This document shows, one piece after another, positions 24,596 to 36,388 of a stretch of 64,000 nucleotides of DNA; position 1 is the first letter of the stretch, and each line of letters starts with the position of its first letter. The notes under the pieces are model-generated. The model was not told where the DNA came from, did not search any database, and saw only the letters and a list, made by a program, of their open reading frames with translations. This DNA comes from an uncultured Bacteroidales bacterium (GTDB lineage: Bacteria; Bacteroidota; Bacteroidia; Bacteroidales; VadinHA17), in NCBI GenBank assembly GCA_963772705.1, contig CAVYYH010000011.1, positions 322,384-386,383 on the forward strand. The letters run 5' to 3'. The position numbers and the translations under genes were made by a program.

Positions 24596-27500
24596 ATGAA
24601 GAAAATCCTGACACTGTTTCTGGCCCTGTTACTTGCCGGTCCCGGCTGCCTGTGGGCACAGAAGAAAGATGCAAAGAAAGAGACAAAAGAGACTGAGAAG
24701 CAGATCAAGCCCTCCGTTCCTTCCTCACTGTTCAGCAGTATCTCCTTCCGTTCAATAGGCCCGGCATGGGCTTCCGGAAGGATATCCGATTTCGCTGTGA
24801 ACCCCTCAGACCACTCTGAAATATATGCTGCCATTGCTTCAGGCAATATATGGAAGAGCACCAACAACGGTACGACATGGAAACCGATATTTGATAAACA
24901 TGGTTCATATGCCATCGGATGTATCACCATGGACCCCAACAACTACAATGCACTCTGGGTGGGCACGGGAGAGAACAACCACCAGCGTGCTCTCGGATGG
25001 GGTGACGGTGTCTATTATACAGAAGACGGAGGCGCCAGCTGGAAGAACATGGGCCTCAAGGAATCAAGGCAGATCGGAATGATAGCCGTTGACCCGCGAA
25101 ACAGCAACGTGGTCTATGTTGCAGCTGAGGGTTCTGCATGGGGACCGGGCGGTGAGCGCGGACTTTACAAGACCACTGACTGCGGAAAGACATGGAACAA
25201 AATACTGAACATAAGCGAGAACACAGGCATCAACAATGTGGTTCTTGATCCGCGTAACCCTGATGTCATCTACGCAACCTCAGAGCAGCGGCGCAGACAT
25301 ATAGGACTGAAGATCAGCGGCGGCCCGGAGTCAGCAGTCTATAAATCCACAGACGGCGGAGTCACTTTCAACAAGATCATGAGCGGCCTCCCCGGAGGAC
25401 ATATCGGTGGAATGGGTATCGCCATCTCCCCTGTCAATCCGGATGTTCTCTACATAATAATGGAAGCCCAGGGCGAATCAGGAGGCTTCTTCAGATCGAC
25501 CAACAGAGGTGCTTCATGGGAAAAGATGAGCGGACACCATGAGAGCGGCCAGTACTATAACGAGATCATCTGTGATCCAAAGGATGTAAACACGGTTTAC
25601 AGCATGGAGACTGTCTCGCAGGTTACAAATGACGGTGGCAAAACATGGAGAGCCGTTGGAAATGAAGGCCGTCATGTCGATGACCATGCAATGTGGATCG
25701 ACCCTGACAACACGGAGCATTTCTATATAGGGGGCGACGGAGGCATCTACGAGTCATTTGACGGCGGAAAGAACTTCATATTCAAGTCAAACCTTCCGGT
25801 GACCCAATTATATCAGGGTTGCGGTAGATAACTCCTATCCCTTCTATTATGTCTACGGCGGTACACAGGACAACAACTCTTTTGGCGGACCCTCGGCAAG
25901 CATCAGCGACGGTGTCGTTAATGACGACTGGTTTGTCACACAGGGCGGCGACGGATTCTGGGTCGCCATTGACCCCACAGATCCAAATATTGTCTATACC
26001 GAGTCACAGTATGGCAACGTCTCACGCTGGGACCGCAAGAGCGGCCAGAGCGTCAGCGTCAAGCCCTATCCCGGTGAGGGCGAACTGACATACCGCTGGA
26101 ACTGGGACACACCCGTGGTCATCAGCCCGTTCAACAACAAAAGGATCTACGTGGCAGCCAACTTCCTCTTCCGCAGTGACGACCAGGGAAGCAACTGGAC
26201 AAAGATATCACCTGACCTGACAAGAAACGAGAACAGGGATAACCTGAAAGTGATGGACAAATACTGGCCGGCCGACGCTGTGGCAAAAAACAAGTCCACA
26301 TCACTTCTCGGATGCATCATTGCATTTACGGAATCAAAGGTTCAGAAAGACCTGCTCTATACCGGAAGCGATGACGGTGTCATATCGGTGTCAGAGGACG
26401 GCGGTGCAAACTGGAACATGATAAAGAGCTTCCCGGGCGTGCCTGAGTTTGCCTATGTGAGTGACATTCTCGCTGACAAGTTCAATGCTGACGTCGTCTA
26501 TGCCACCTTCAACAATCATCAGCGTGACGACTTCAAACCTTATGTTCTCAGGAGCACTGACAAGGGAAAGAGCTGGATTTCAATAAGTGCCAACCTTCCT
26601 GTTACAGGACCCGTACATACTATAGAGCAGGATAATATCAATCCAAACCTTCTGTTTCTGGGCACTGAGTTCAGCTTCTTCATCTCATTTGACGGCGGAA
26701 CTACCTGGACCGAATTCAAGAACGGACTGCCGACGATACCTGTGCGTGACATCGCCATACAGGAACGGGAAAATGACCTTGTCATTGCAACCTTCGGCAG
26801 AGGATTTTATATCATAGATGACTACACACCGCTGCGCAACTACACTAAGGAGATTGTTGAAAAACCGGGCTATATCTTCCCCGTTAAGGATGGCAAAATG
26901 TTCGTGCAGGACAGCGAGTTTGACAACCAGGGCTCAATGTATTACAAGGCTCCCAATCCCCCGTACGGCGCAACGATAACTTACTATGTTGATACAGTTC
27001 CCAAAACCGACAGGGATATCAGGAAAGACACAGAGAAGAAGCTGTTTGAAAAGGGTGAGTTCATCCCTCAGCCCACACCGCTGGATCTGAGCATGGAGGA
27101 GAAAGAGATCAAACCTTATCTCATCTTCACTATCACCGATGAGGAAGGAAACATCATACGCAAGCTTTACAAATCAGCATCGAAAGGTGTCAGCCGGATC
27201 ACATGGAACTATACATATGCCGGATACCAGCCTGTCAGCACCACTAAATTCGATCCGGTCTCAGAAGGCGGAAGAGGCAGCAGATGGGGCGGCGGAGGCA
27301 TCTCTGTCATGCCCGGCAAATACTTCGTCTCGATGGCAATGTATGCCAAGGGAGAAGTAAAAGAACTGGCCGGACCCGAGCCTTTTGTCTGCAAGCCGCT
27401 TGATATAGTATCGATACCTGCCAAAGACCCTGCTGCAAGAGACAGGTGGATAAGGGAGACTACTGCGCTTGCAAGGAGCGCCTACGGAGCGATATCGTAT

Positions 27501-27896
27501 ATTGGGGAGCTCGATGTGAAGATAAATACAATCATGCAGGTGATTCACCAGACGCCCGAGGCACCGGCATCACTCATGCAGGAGGCAGTGGCCGTAAACA
27601 ATGAGATCGGTGAGATACTCTATCTTGTGAGAGGCATATCTGTCGGTGCCAGCACCGAGGAGACGCCTCCTTCACCTGTCTCCCTCTCAGCCCGTCTCTC
27701 AACCATGTCAAGGTCACTCTACGGAAATACCGGCGACATATCGGGTATCGCAGACCAGCAGTACCAGCTCCTTAAGAAAGAGTTCCCCGTACTGCTCGAT
27801 AGGATACAGAAAGCAGGCAAGGCCGTTGACGGACTTAATGCAAAGCTTGATGAGATAAATGCACCCTGGACATCAGGAAGAGTACCTAAGCTCTGA
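24596..27896 (+). pseudogene. secreted BNR/Asp-box repeat (sortilin/VPS10-like) protein of about 1100 aa, with an apparent +1 frameshift at ~25811-25814
   Basis: At least 11 Asp-boxes (e.g. STNNGTTW, TEDGGASW, TTDCGKTW, SDDQGSNW, STDKGKSW). Frame A ends ...NLPVTQLYQGCGR*. The +1 frame reads RVAVDNSYPFYYVYGGTQDNNSFGG and runs without stops into ORF 26115-27896. Confidence 0.75.
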
Positions 27897-27917
27897 ATGA
27901 TTTTCATATGAAAAGAG

Positions 27918-27950
27918 AAGACCGGCTCCCCCAAAGAGCCGGTCTTTTTA
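27918..27950 (+). terminator. rho-independent terminator
   Basis: aagaccggctc / ccccaaa / gagccggtctt (11-bp stem) followed by ttt. Confidence 0.75.
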
Positions 27951-27958
27951 ATCTCCAC

Positions 27959-27986
27959 TACTGCCTATTGCCTATTGCCTATTGCC
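27959..27986. repeat. tandem heptamer array (tattgcc)x3 preceded by the variant tactgcc
   Basis: tactgcc tattgcc tattgcc tattgcc. It ends 3 nt from the msrAB stop codon. Confidence 0.9.
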
Positions 27987-27989
27987 TAA

Positions 27990-28934
27990 CTAAAATCTCT
28001 TCACATACGCATGGCAGTAAGGCACTTTCCCGTTGCGGAAATAGTAATCCTGGTGATACTCCTCGGCAGGATAAAATTCCGTCGCACGGGTAACCTGCGT
28101 CGCCACTTTGAGGCCTTTGCCCTTAAGCACCTCAATATATTTCAATGCCAATGTCTTCTGTGTCTCATTCTTGTAAAATATCTCCGACCTGTACTGGTCG
28201 CCAATGTCAGGACCCTGCCGGTCGACCTGGGTGGGATCATGTATCTCAAGAAATAACTTGAGAAGTTTATCATAAGTGGTCTTCCTGGTATCGAAGGTAA
28301 CCTTTACAGTCTCAGCATGACCGGTTGTGCCGGTGCATACCTCCCTGTAGGATGGATTTTTGACCTTGCCTCCGGTGTAACCTGATACTACTGACACCAC
28401 CCCCGGTTCCTTCTGCAGGAAATATTCAACGCCCCAGAAACAACCGCCTGCAAAGAGTGCCGTCCCGTAGTTTCCGGCTTCAAGCTTTACAGGAACAAAG
28501 TCAAGCGAGACTGAGTTTACGCAGTGACGGGTATCCCTCGGGGTAAAGCCTTCACCGGTGAAGACATGGCCGAGGTGCCCGTCACATGATGCACAGACAA
28601 TTTCGGTACGCCGGCCGTCGGCATCAGCGATGCGCTTTACGGCTCCGTCGATCTCATCATCAAAGCTTGGCCATCCGCATCCGGAATCAAACTTCGAGTC
28701 AGAATAATAAAGCGCGCTTCCGCACTGCTTGCACAGATAGGTCCCCTTACCCTTGAACTTGTCATATAAACCGGTGAAAGGATATTCGGTAGCCTTGTTG
28801 ATTATGATTTTGGTCTCTTCAGGATTCAGGTCATTGTATAATGGTTTGTCCTGCGATCTCAATTCCGTTCCCATTGACGTTAATGCTAGTGTGATTAATA
28901 TTGTTCTGAATAAAAATGATTTCATAATTTTCAT
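27990..28934 (-). CDS. msrAB: bifunctional peptide-methionine sulfoxide reductase (MsrB-MsrA fusion), secreted
   Basis: MsrB CxxC pairs (CKQCGSAL, CASCDGHLGHVF) are followed by the MsrA GGCFWGVE motif. The track ORF starts at TTG 29018; ATG 28934 (MKIMKSFLFRTILITLALTS) gives a signal peptide. Confidence 0.9.
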   Translation of the reverse strand: MKIMKSFLFRTILITLALTSMGTELRSQDKPLYNDLNPEETKIIINKATEYPFTGLYDKFKGKGTYLCKQCGSALYYSDSKFDSGCGWPSFDDEIDGAVKRIADADGRRTEIVCASCDGHLGHVFTGEGFTPRDTRHCVNSVSLDFVPVKLEAGNYGTALFAGGCFWGVEYFLQKEPGVVSVVSGYTGGKVKNPSYREVCTGTTGHAETVKVTFDTRKTTYDKLLKLFLEIHDPTQVDRQGPDIGDQYRSEIFYKNETQKTLALKYIEVLKGKGLKVATQVTRATEFYPAEEYHQDYYFRNGKVPYCHAYVKRF

Positions 28935-29045
28935 TTTCTTAGATAACAATCTTAACCCTTTAAGGTTTAAAAAGGGTGCTTTATCAAAATAATTATCTGG
29001 CACAGTTATTGTTTTCAAAATAAAGTTATTTTTGTGTCGGACTTA

Positions 29046-29183
29046 ATGGCAGATAAAATGAAAAAACTCAGTCTTATAGTTGTTCTGGCTTTCATGGCTG
29101 CGCTTGCTCTCAGTTCTTGCAACCGTGAGGCTTGCCCCGCTTACAGCAGCAACAATACAGATTCAACTGAAAAAGCAGGCTAG
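29046..29183 (+). CDS. small putative lipoprotein (45 aa), below the ORF-track size cutoff
   Basis: MADKMKKLSLIVVLAFMAALALSSCNREACPAYSSNNTDSTEKAG. It has a signal peptide with lipobox LSS|C and lies 49 nt upstream of the next same-strand gene. Confidence 0.45.
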   Translation: MADKMKKLSLIVVLAFMAALALSSCNREACPAYSSNNTDSTEKAG

Positions 29184-29231
29184 ACAGCATTTTTTCGCAT
29201 ACTGCCACTTTTATTTTGCGGCATCCTGAAT

Positions 29232-30023
29232 ATGAGATTGTTGCACGCCATATTATTCCTTTTACTTTGCGGCCCGTTGCTTGCACAGGGTGATATTGAC
29301 CCACAGGACAGACTATTCTGGCGCAACGAGCGATCATTCGGCTTTGCCCTTAACACTGACGGATGGTCTTTTATCTACCGTGAGCTGCGCCAGACAAAAC
29401 CCTCGGGCAGGGTATTTTTTGAAGGCTCCTTCGAAGGCTTCAAACACCCCAAGGAGATCAAACTGACAAACTACTATTTTCAGAACTCAGGGTCCTTCGT
29501 ATACGGAAAGCTTAACTCCACCTGGTCAATTGGTGCCGGGATAGGATACCAGAAAGAGCTTTTCGAAAAACGTGACCTGGGTGGCGTATCCATAGGCTGG
29601 CTTATTGGCGGCGGCCCTACTCTTCTCTTCGCAAAACCTATATACTATGAGGTCATCGTCCCGTCAGGTGACGGCTATTATGAGATAGAAGAGCAGAAGT
29701 TTGATATTACAAAGATTCACCAGGCACTTGACATAGTGGGCAAAGCATCATTCTTCAAAGGCTTTGATGAAATTCAACTCATACCAGGGCTCGTGGCCCG
29801 CACCGGCTTTAATTTTGAATACAGCAAAAACGATAAGCTTACCCATGCAATTGAGGTAGGAGCAATTTTCCACGCTTTCACCAAAGAGGTCCCTATCATG
29901 GCCAATGAGGACAACAGGCAGTTCCTCCCGGGGCTGTTTGTCAGCTACCGCATAGGCATGATCCTTGACCCGCTGAAACCGTCACGTTTTTCTGACCTGA
30001 TCTTCAGACCCAACAAGGAATAA
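29232..30023 (+). CDS. hypothetical secreted protein, possibly an outer-membrane beta-barrel
   Basis: 263 aa with signal peptide MRLLHAILFLLLCGPLLAQ and alternating aromatic/Gly-rich segments. I do not recognise a family. Confidence 0.5.
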   Translation: MRLLHAILFLLLCGPLLAQGDIDPQDRLFWRNERSFGFALNTDGWSFIYRELRQTKPSGRVFFEGSFEGFKHPKEIKLTNYYFQNSGSFVYGKLNSTWSIGAGIGYQKELFEKRDLGGVSIGWLIGGGPTLLFAKPIYYEVIVPSGDGYYEIEEQKFDITKIHQALDIVGKASFFKGFDEIQLIPGLVARTGFNFEYSKNDKLTHAIEVGAIFHAFTKEVPIMANEDNRQFLPGLFVSYRIGMILDPLKPSRFSDLIFRPNKE

Positions 30024-30058
30024 TTACTGCCGTTCTTTTCTCTCTCCTTTTTATTTTA

Positions 30059-30066
30059 TACTTTTG
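30059..30066 (+). promoter_or_regulatory. candidate -7 box TActTTTG upstream of gap
   Basis: Matches TAnnTTTG 36 nt upstream of ATG 30102. Confidence 0.4.
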
Positions 30067-30089
30067 GGGTCGTTTCATTAACCATTTAA

Positions 30090-31112
<1,023 letters not shown>

Positions 31113-31125
31113 GAGTTTCAGAAAC

Positions 31126-31158
31126 AGAAAAACCGCGGTGAAGACCGCGGTTTTTTTA
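31126..31158. terminator. bidirectional rho-independent terminator
   Basis: accgcggt / gaag / accgcggt hairpin flanked by an A run upstream and a T7 run downstream. It sits between the convergent gap and the DUF1987-like gene. Confidence 0.8.
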
Positions 31159-31181
31159 TTTCCGTGAAAGGGGGGCTTCTG

Positions 31182-31559
31182 TCAGATGACCATCTTCACC
31201 TCCAGGGGCACGCCTGCGGAATCACGATAATGCTCTCCGAGCTCGTGCATTGCTTCATCATCCTCCTCATAAAGCCATGTGATCCGGACCCTGTACCTGG
31301 GTGCCCGGTAGGTGCTGATCATCCTGAGTACGTCACGAAGGGCCTTGGATGACCCGCTGTTTATATATTCGAGGAATATGATCAGGGTAAGCTGACTGTA
31401 CCGGCTCAGATGAGACCTGATCCACTCCTCGAGCGGATTATAAACAAACTCCGGCCTCTCTGCAATAGATCTGCCCGTTATCCTGAGAATATCTTCATCA
31501 GGATCATATGTGATCGTTGGATAGTTTTTTGACCCTGCCTGAATTATTTCAATGCTCAT
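31182..31559 (-). CDS. DUF1987 / SiaC-family protein
   Basis: 125 aa. The pattern ILRITGRSIAERPEFVYNPLEEWI...LEYINSGSSKAL...ITWLYEEDDEAMHELGE matches my recollection of the SiaC/DUF1987 family. Confidence 0.65.
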   Translation of the reverse strand: MSIEIIQAGSKNYPTITYDPDEDILRITGRSIAERPEFVYNPLEEWIRSHLSRYSQLTLIIFLEYINSGSSKALRDVLRMISTYRAPRYRVRITWLYEEDDEAMHELGEHYRDSAGVPLEVKMVI

Positions 31560-31604
31560 GGCATTTTAAGGTTGTCAGATCAATTCAATATCAGTCAGAT
31601 GGCG

Positions 31605-32912
31605 TCACTCATATCTCAATGCCTCAATCGGATCAACCGCAGAGGCCTTCATCGCAGGCAGATAACCTGAGGCAATCCCCACAATAAAACAAGCCAATAC
31701 TCCTCCCCCGACCCAGAGCCACGGTATAGTGAAGGGTGAGCCCATGCCCAGCGAGACCAGGTTTCCAATAATGATACCCAGGATGATACCGAACAGGCCT
31801 CCCATCTGGCCGATGATAACCGACTCATACAGGAACTGCTGCCTGATGATATTCGTCTTCGCGCCCAGAGCCTTTCGAACACCTATCTCCCTGGTGCGCT
31901 CCGTTACCGATACAAGCATGATGTTCATCAGTCCTACCGCCGCCCCGAAGAGGGTTATAAGCCCGATTATCGTTGCAGCCAGTGTGACATACCTTATGTT
32001 CTCAAGCAGTATCTTCAGAATACTGTCACTCTTCTGAACATTGAAGTCCGACTCATCGCGGGGGTCCAGGTTGCGTATTATGCGGAAGATCCCCTCCGCC
32101 TCGCTGGTGAGCACCTCAAGCGCTGAGGCCTTGTGAGGCATGACACTGATTGTATACGTGATGTTGGGACGGGAGAAATACTGTCTTGCCGTGGTTATCG
32201 GAATAGCGGTAAGAAGGTCACCTCCCATGAAGCTGCTCCCCTTGCTCTTCAGCACTCCGATGACCGTGAGCTTCAGCCCCGGAAGGCTTATTTCCTGTCC
32301 CAGCGGGTCAACCCCGGGAAAGAGAAACTTCACAACCTCCTGGCCTACAAGTACAACATGCCTGCTCCCTTCAATATCCTCAGCCGAGAAGTTGCGCCCC
32401 GACTCAAGCTCATAACCGGCAATTGTAATGTAATCTTCGTCCGACCCGAAAACCTGGATATTGGGATTTGTCTTCTTGTTTTCGTACCTGATAGTGGCCA
32501 GGCTGGTTGCGTTGAACCCAACCGATACCCATGCCGGCTCCGTGAACCTCTCCTTGAACTCCATCGCCTCACGGTAGGTAATATTAGAATGATTCTTCGT
32601 CCTGTAGTTCTTGTTGCCAACCACAACCCTCATTGATCGCGACGTGATTGAGAATGAGTTGGCCCCCATCATCGTGAACTGCTCGGTAAGGGTATTCTTC
32701 AGACCGTCAATGGCGGTGAGAATGCCGACCAGGGCCATAATGCCGAACGCAATGATGGCCATCGTGAGAGCTGCCCTTAGCCTGTTTGAACTTATTGCCT
32801 TGAAGGCAACCCGTATATTCTCAGTAATAAGTGTAATCCTTTTCAACCTCTCTCCTCCGGCATAGATTAAGGAACCAAGATACACCTTTTCTTCCATTAT
32901 TTTTATTGCCAT
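31605..32912 (-). CDS. ABC transporter permease, FtsX/MacB-like
   Basis: 435 aa with an N-terminal TM helix, a large periplasmic domain and a C-terminal FtsX block ([11 protein letters not shown]...). Confidence 0.85.
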   Translation of the reverse strand: MAIKIMEEKVYLGSLIYAGGERLKRITLITENIRVAFKAISSNRLRAALTMAIIAFGIMALVGILTAIDGLKNTLTEQFTMMGANSFSITSRSMRVVVGNKNYRTKNHSNITYREAMEFKERFTEPAWVSVGFNATSLATIRYENKKTNPNIQVFGSDEDYITIAGYELESGRNFSAEDIEGSRHVVLVGQEVVKFLFPGVDPLGQEISLPGLKLTVIGVLKSKGSSFMGGDLLTAIPITTARQYFSRPNITYTISVMPHKASALEVLTSEAEGIFRIIRNLDPRDESDFNVQKSDSILKILLENIRYVTLAATIIGLITLFGAAVGLMNIMLVSVTERTREIGVRKALGAKTNIIRQQFLYESVIIGQMGGLFGIILGIIIGNLVSLGMGSPFTIPWLWVGGGVLACFIVGIASGYLPAMKASAVDPIEALRYE

Positions 32913-33005
32913 GATAAAAATGAACTTTTCCTGATTATTTTTTAAAGAATTAGTTGTATATTTAATTATTTAGTTGTATATTTGATGTTATTAAAAGATA
33001 ATAAA

Positions 33006-33389
33006 ATGGAGATAAAGGATCTGACAAAGGCTGAGGAAGAGGTAATGCAGATACTCTGGAGACTGAAAAGGGCCTTTATTAAGGATATTCTCGAGAGATT
33101 TGATGAGCCAAAGCCTGCATATTCCACCGTAAGCACCATAATAAGAATACTTCAGGACAAAGGATTTGTCAATTACAAGGTTTACGGGAGGACCTACCAG
33201 TACTTTCCGGTCATTTCAAAGGATGATTACCGAAAGTCACAGATGAGCAGTTTTGTGAGAAACTACTTTTCAAACTCGTACCAGAAGATGGTGAGTTTCT
33301 TTGCCCGTGAAGATTCCATAACCGTAAAGGAGATGGAGGAGATCATGGCGATGATGAAAGATGAGAACCGTGATAAAAAGAGGAAATGA
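33006..33389 (+). CDS. BlaI/MecI/CopY-family transcriptional repressor
   Basis: MEIKDLTKAEEEVMQILWRL...AYSTVSTIIRILQDKGFV is a winged-helix penicillinase-repressor pattern. The track ORF starts at TTG 32982. Confidence 0.85.
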   Translation: MEIKDLTKAEEEVMQILWRLKRAFIKDILERFDEPKPAYSTVSTIIRILQDKGFVNYKVYGRTYQYFPVISKDDYRKSQMSSFVRNYFSNSYQKMVSFFAREDSITVKEMEEIMAMMKDENRDKKRK

Positions 33390-34642
33390 TGAACGGGATT
33401 TTGGTTTATGCAGTTGAGAGCAGCATCTGCCTGACCCTGCTCTGGGCCTTTCATGAGATAGCCCTCAGACGGGATACCCGTCACAGGAGGAACAGGTACT
33501 ACCTCCTGGGGTCAATGCTCTTTTCGCTGGTGGTGCCCCTGCTGAACATACAGATAGATGCACCCGGCACCGTGTTGCAGACGGGCGGACTGGTCTCCCT
33601 CCTGCTGCCTGAAATGGTTGTCAACCCTTCAGTATCAGCGCCGCACACAGGTGTTTTTACCGGCATCCTCCCGCTGGTATATACCGGCGGTCTGATTATT
33701 GCCGCAGGATCGATGATAGCAGGCGCCGCGGGACTGATAAAACTTACCCTTAAGGGGAAGAGGAACGGAAGGGTGATAGTCTTCGACTCTGACAGTCCTG
33801 TCTGTTTCTCAGCATTCGGCTACGTCTTCATCAGCAATTCAGTCTCCGATGGCGATGCCGGGCGCATGATAAACCACGAAATGAAGCATATCGGGCTCGG
33901 GCATCACACCGATCTGCTGATGGCCGGACTCATTACAACAGTGCAATGGTTCAATCCGGCAGCCTACCTGATACGCAGATCGCTTCAGTCTGTGCATGAA
34001 TATGAGGCTGACAGTGAATGTATTACAGGCGGTGAAGACCTGGTTTCATACCAGGAGCTGCTGCTTACATATGTCTTCCGAAGCCCTGCTCCGGTCTTTT
34101 CAAATACCTTTTCAAAAAGATCACTCCTTAAAAACCGAATAATCATGATGACAAAGAAAAGAACGGGAGGCAGCGCTTCCCTCAAGATGATCCTGGCAAT
34201 TCCGCTTGCCATGGTGATGGTCCTGTTGTTTTCCTGCAAGGACCGCAGTGACTCACAGAAAGAAACAGAAGCGGTGACAGAAAAGGGAGCACCCGCCGCT
34301 GAGGAATATGTGGCACCTGACGAGGTGTTTATGGTTGTTGAAAAGATGCCCGTCTTCCGGAATGATACCACCTACGCTGCACTGGGACAGTGGATAGGTG
34401 AGAATGTAAAATACCCCGCCGAGGCAGCCAAAAAGGGGATACAGGGCAGAGTATTTGTCCAGTTCACAATTGATTATAAGGGTAATGTTAAAGATCCGAA
34501 GGTTGTAAGGAGTGTCGACCCGCTTCTTGACAGCGCCGCCCTTGACGTGATCACCAGGTGCCCCCAATGGAGTCCTGGTATTCAGGGAGGCAAACCGGTA
34601 AATGTCGGCATGACCGTGCCGATAAGCTTCGCGCTGAACTGA
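33386..34642 (+). CDS. M56 (BlaR1-like) peptidase-family membrane sensor with a C-terminal TonB-like domain
   Basis: 418 aa with the HEMKH zinc motif (NHEMKHIGLGH), TM helices and a C-terminal TonB_C block (YPAEAAKKGIQGRVFVQFTIDYKGNV). It overlaps the blaI-like stop (ATGA). Confidence 0.8.
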   Translation: MMNGILVYAVESSICLTLLWAFHEIALRRDTRHRRNRYYLLGSMLFSLVVPLLNIQIDAPGTVLQTGGLVSLLLPEMVVNPSVSAPHTGVFTGILPLVYTGGLIIAAGSMIAGAAGLIKLTLKGKRNGRVIVFDSDSPVCFSAFGYVFISNSVSDGDAGRMINHEMKHIGLGHHTDLLMAGLITTVQWFNPAAYLIRRSLQSVHEYEADSECITGGEDLVSYQELLLTYVFRSPAPVFSNTFSKRSLLKNRIIMMTKKRTGGSASLKMILAIPLAMVMVLLFSCKDRSDSQKETEAVTEKGAPAAEEYVAPDEVFMVVEKMPVFRNDTTYAALGQWIGENVKYPAEAAKKGIQGRVFVQFTIDYKGNVKDPKVVRSVDPLLDSAALDVITRCPQWSPGIQGGKPVNVGMTVPISFALN

Positions 34643-34656
34643 TTTTTACAGGTTGG

Positions 34657-34686
34657 AGAAAAGAGGCCCCGTGCCTCTTTTCTTTC
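34657..34686 (+). terminator. rho-independent terminator
   Basis: agaaaagaggc / cccgt / gcctcttttct (11-bp stem) running into a T-rich tract. Confidence 0.7.
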
Positions 34687-34714
34687 ACATTATCATTTTT
34701 GTACATTTGCCCGT

Positions 34715-35767
34715 ATGCAAACGGGCATTTTTTCATTTCAAAAGAGAGTAGAGGCCTTCGCAGAGCTGGGCAGGGTGATGCGCGACGGAGCTGCAGGCGT
34801 GACTGCAGGCCATGCCGGACGCTTCGCAGGGCTCATTGATACCCTTCACCTTTCAAATCAATGGTTCACCCCTGACAACGTAAGGCGCGCCGTATCAGCC
34901 ATCGGCAACAATCTTACCCATGAGAACCTGACCCGGTGGCTCTCAGCCTACCCGGAGACAGGCGGCGAAAAGGAACCTCTGACAATAGGGGTGGTGATGG
35001 CAGGCAATATACCGATGGTAGGCTTCCACGATCTTCTGTGCGTGCTGATAACAGGCAACAGGCTCCATGCAAGACTGAGCACCAGGGATGAACTGCTCAT
35101 GAAGACCGCGATTGAGACGCTGATATCCATCGAACCGGCTTTTAAAACGGTGACGGTGGTTACCACTGACAGCCTTAAGGATTTTGACATGGTGATAGCC
35201 ACCGGCAGCAACAACAGCTCCAGGTATTTTGAATATTATTTCAGGAACATCCCATCCATAATACGCCGTAACCGGAACAGCCTCGCCATTATTGATGGAA
35301 CGGAGACAGCTGAGGAACTTGAGCTTCTGGGTGACGATATATTCTCTTACTTCGGACTGGGATGCCGCAATGTATCCAAGCTTTACCTTCCGGAAGGATA
35401 TGACATAAGTCACATGGTCTCGCACTGGACCTCATGGGTGAGACTGCGGGAACATCATAAATATGCCGTCAACTATGACCACAACAAGGCAGTGATGATT
35501 GTCAACAGGGAACCTTTTACCGACACCGGCTTCTCTCTGCTGCGTAATGACAAGTCACTCACACCCCCGATGGCAGTGGTAAACTATGAATTCTATAATG
35601 ATACAGGTAACGTCGACCGCGCCCTCGAATCTCAGAAAAACCTGATCCAGTGCGTGACAGGTCATGGCCGTATCCCTTTCGGGAAGTCGCAAAAGCCCGA
35701 TTTATGGGATTATGCGGATAACATCGACACAATTGATTTCATTTTAAAAAAAAATACCCGCGGGTGA
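34715..35767 (+). CDS. acyl-CoA reductase (LuxC-like) family protein
   Basis: 350 aa. Overall similarity to the Bacteroidota LuxC-like acyl-CoA reductase family, from memory only. Confidence 0.6.
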   Translation: MQTGIFSFQKRVEAFAELGRVMRDGAAGVTAGHAGRFAGLIDTLHLSNQWFTPDNVRRAVSAIGNNLTHENLTRWLSAYPETGGEKEPLTIGVVMAGNIPMVGFHDLLCVLITGNRLHARLSTRDELLMKTAIETLISIEPAFKTVTVVTTDSLKDFDMVIATGSNNSSRYFEYYFRNIPSIIRRNRNSLAIIDGTETAEELELLGDDIFSYFGLGCRNVSKLYLPEGYDISHMVSHWTSWVRLREHHKYAVNYDHNKAVMIVNREPFTDTGFSLLRNDKSLTPPMAVVNYEFYNDTGNVDRALESQKNLIQCVTGHGRIPFGKSQKPDLWDYADNIDTIDFILKKNTRG

Positions 35768-35806
35768 ACGTATTTTAAAAAATATTAAATTGCACCGTTC
35801 GAAACA

Positions 35807-36364
35807 TTGAGAAGCATGGTATACAGGTTTGTGGTATTATCTGATGAGGATGAAGCTTTTGTGAGGGAGTTTGAGTTTCTCGAAAGTCATAGTCTGCTTG
35901 ACTTTCACAATGCCATTCAGGAGGAGCTCGAGTTTGACAGGTCTCAGATAGCCTCTTTTTACATGGCAACCGACAGCTGGGAGAAAGAGGAGGAGTTCAC
36001 ACTTTTTGATATGGGGGCAGGTTCTTCAACGATGGAAAATGCCACCCTTGAAGATGTCATCTTCCGCAAAAACCAGAAACTGCTGTATGTATTCGACTTC
36101 TTCAATGACAGGGCGCTGTTTATAGAATATGTGGGCGAGAGCAAGGAGATTGATGAAAGGGAATACCCTCTCTGCACAAACTCAAAGGGGCTCCCCCCGA
36201 AACAGGTCACCTTCGGGGGCGTATCGCGCAAAAAGTACAACAACCTGATTGTTACCGACGATGAAGAGGAAGAGGTGGTAGACGATGAGATCTTTTTTGA
36301 CTCTGAAGACGACGAAACACTGGGTGAATTTGACAGCATCGAAAATGTAGAGGAAGAGGAATAA
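35807..36364 (+). CDS. hypothetical protein, possibly a pRiA4b ORF-3-like (PF07929-type) domain with a strongly acidic C-terminal tail
   Basis: VYRFVVLSDEDEAFVREFEFLESHSLLDFHNAIQEELEFD resembles that family. The C-terminus is DDEEEEVVDDEIFFDSEDDETLGEFDSIENVEEEE. Confidence 0.4.
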   Translation: MRSMVYRFVVLSDEDEAFVREFEFLESHSLLDFHNAIQEELEFDRSQIASFYMATDSWEKEEEFTLFDMGAGSSTMENATLEDVIFRKNQKLLYVFDFFNDRALFIEYVGESKEIDEREYPLCTNSKGLPPKQVTFGGVSRKKYNNLIVTDDEEEEVVDDEIFFDSEDDETLGEFDSIENVEEEE

Positions 36365-36388
36365 TAACCTCCTCCGGTAACAATTCCC

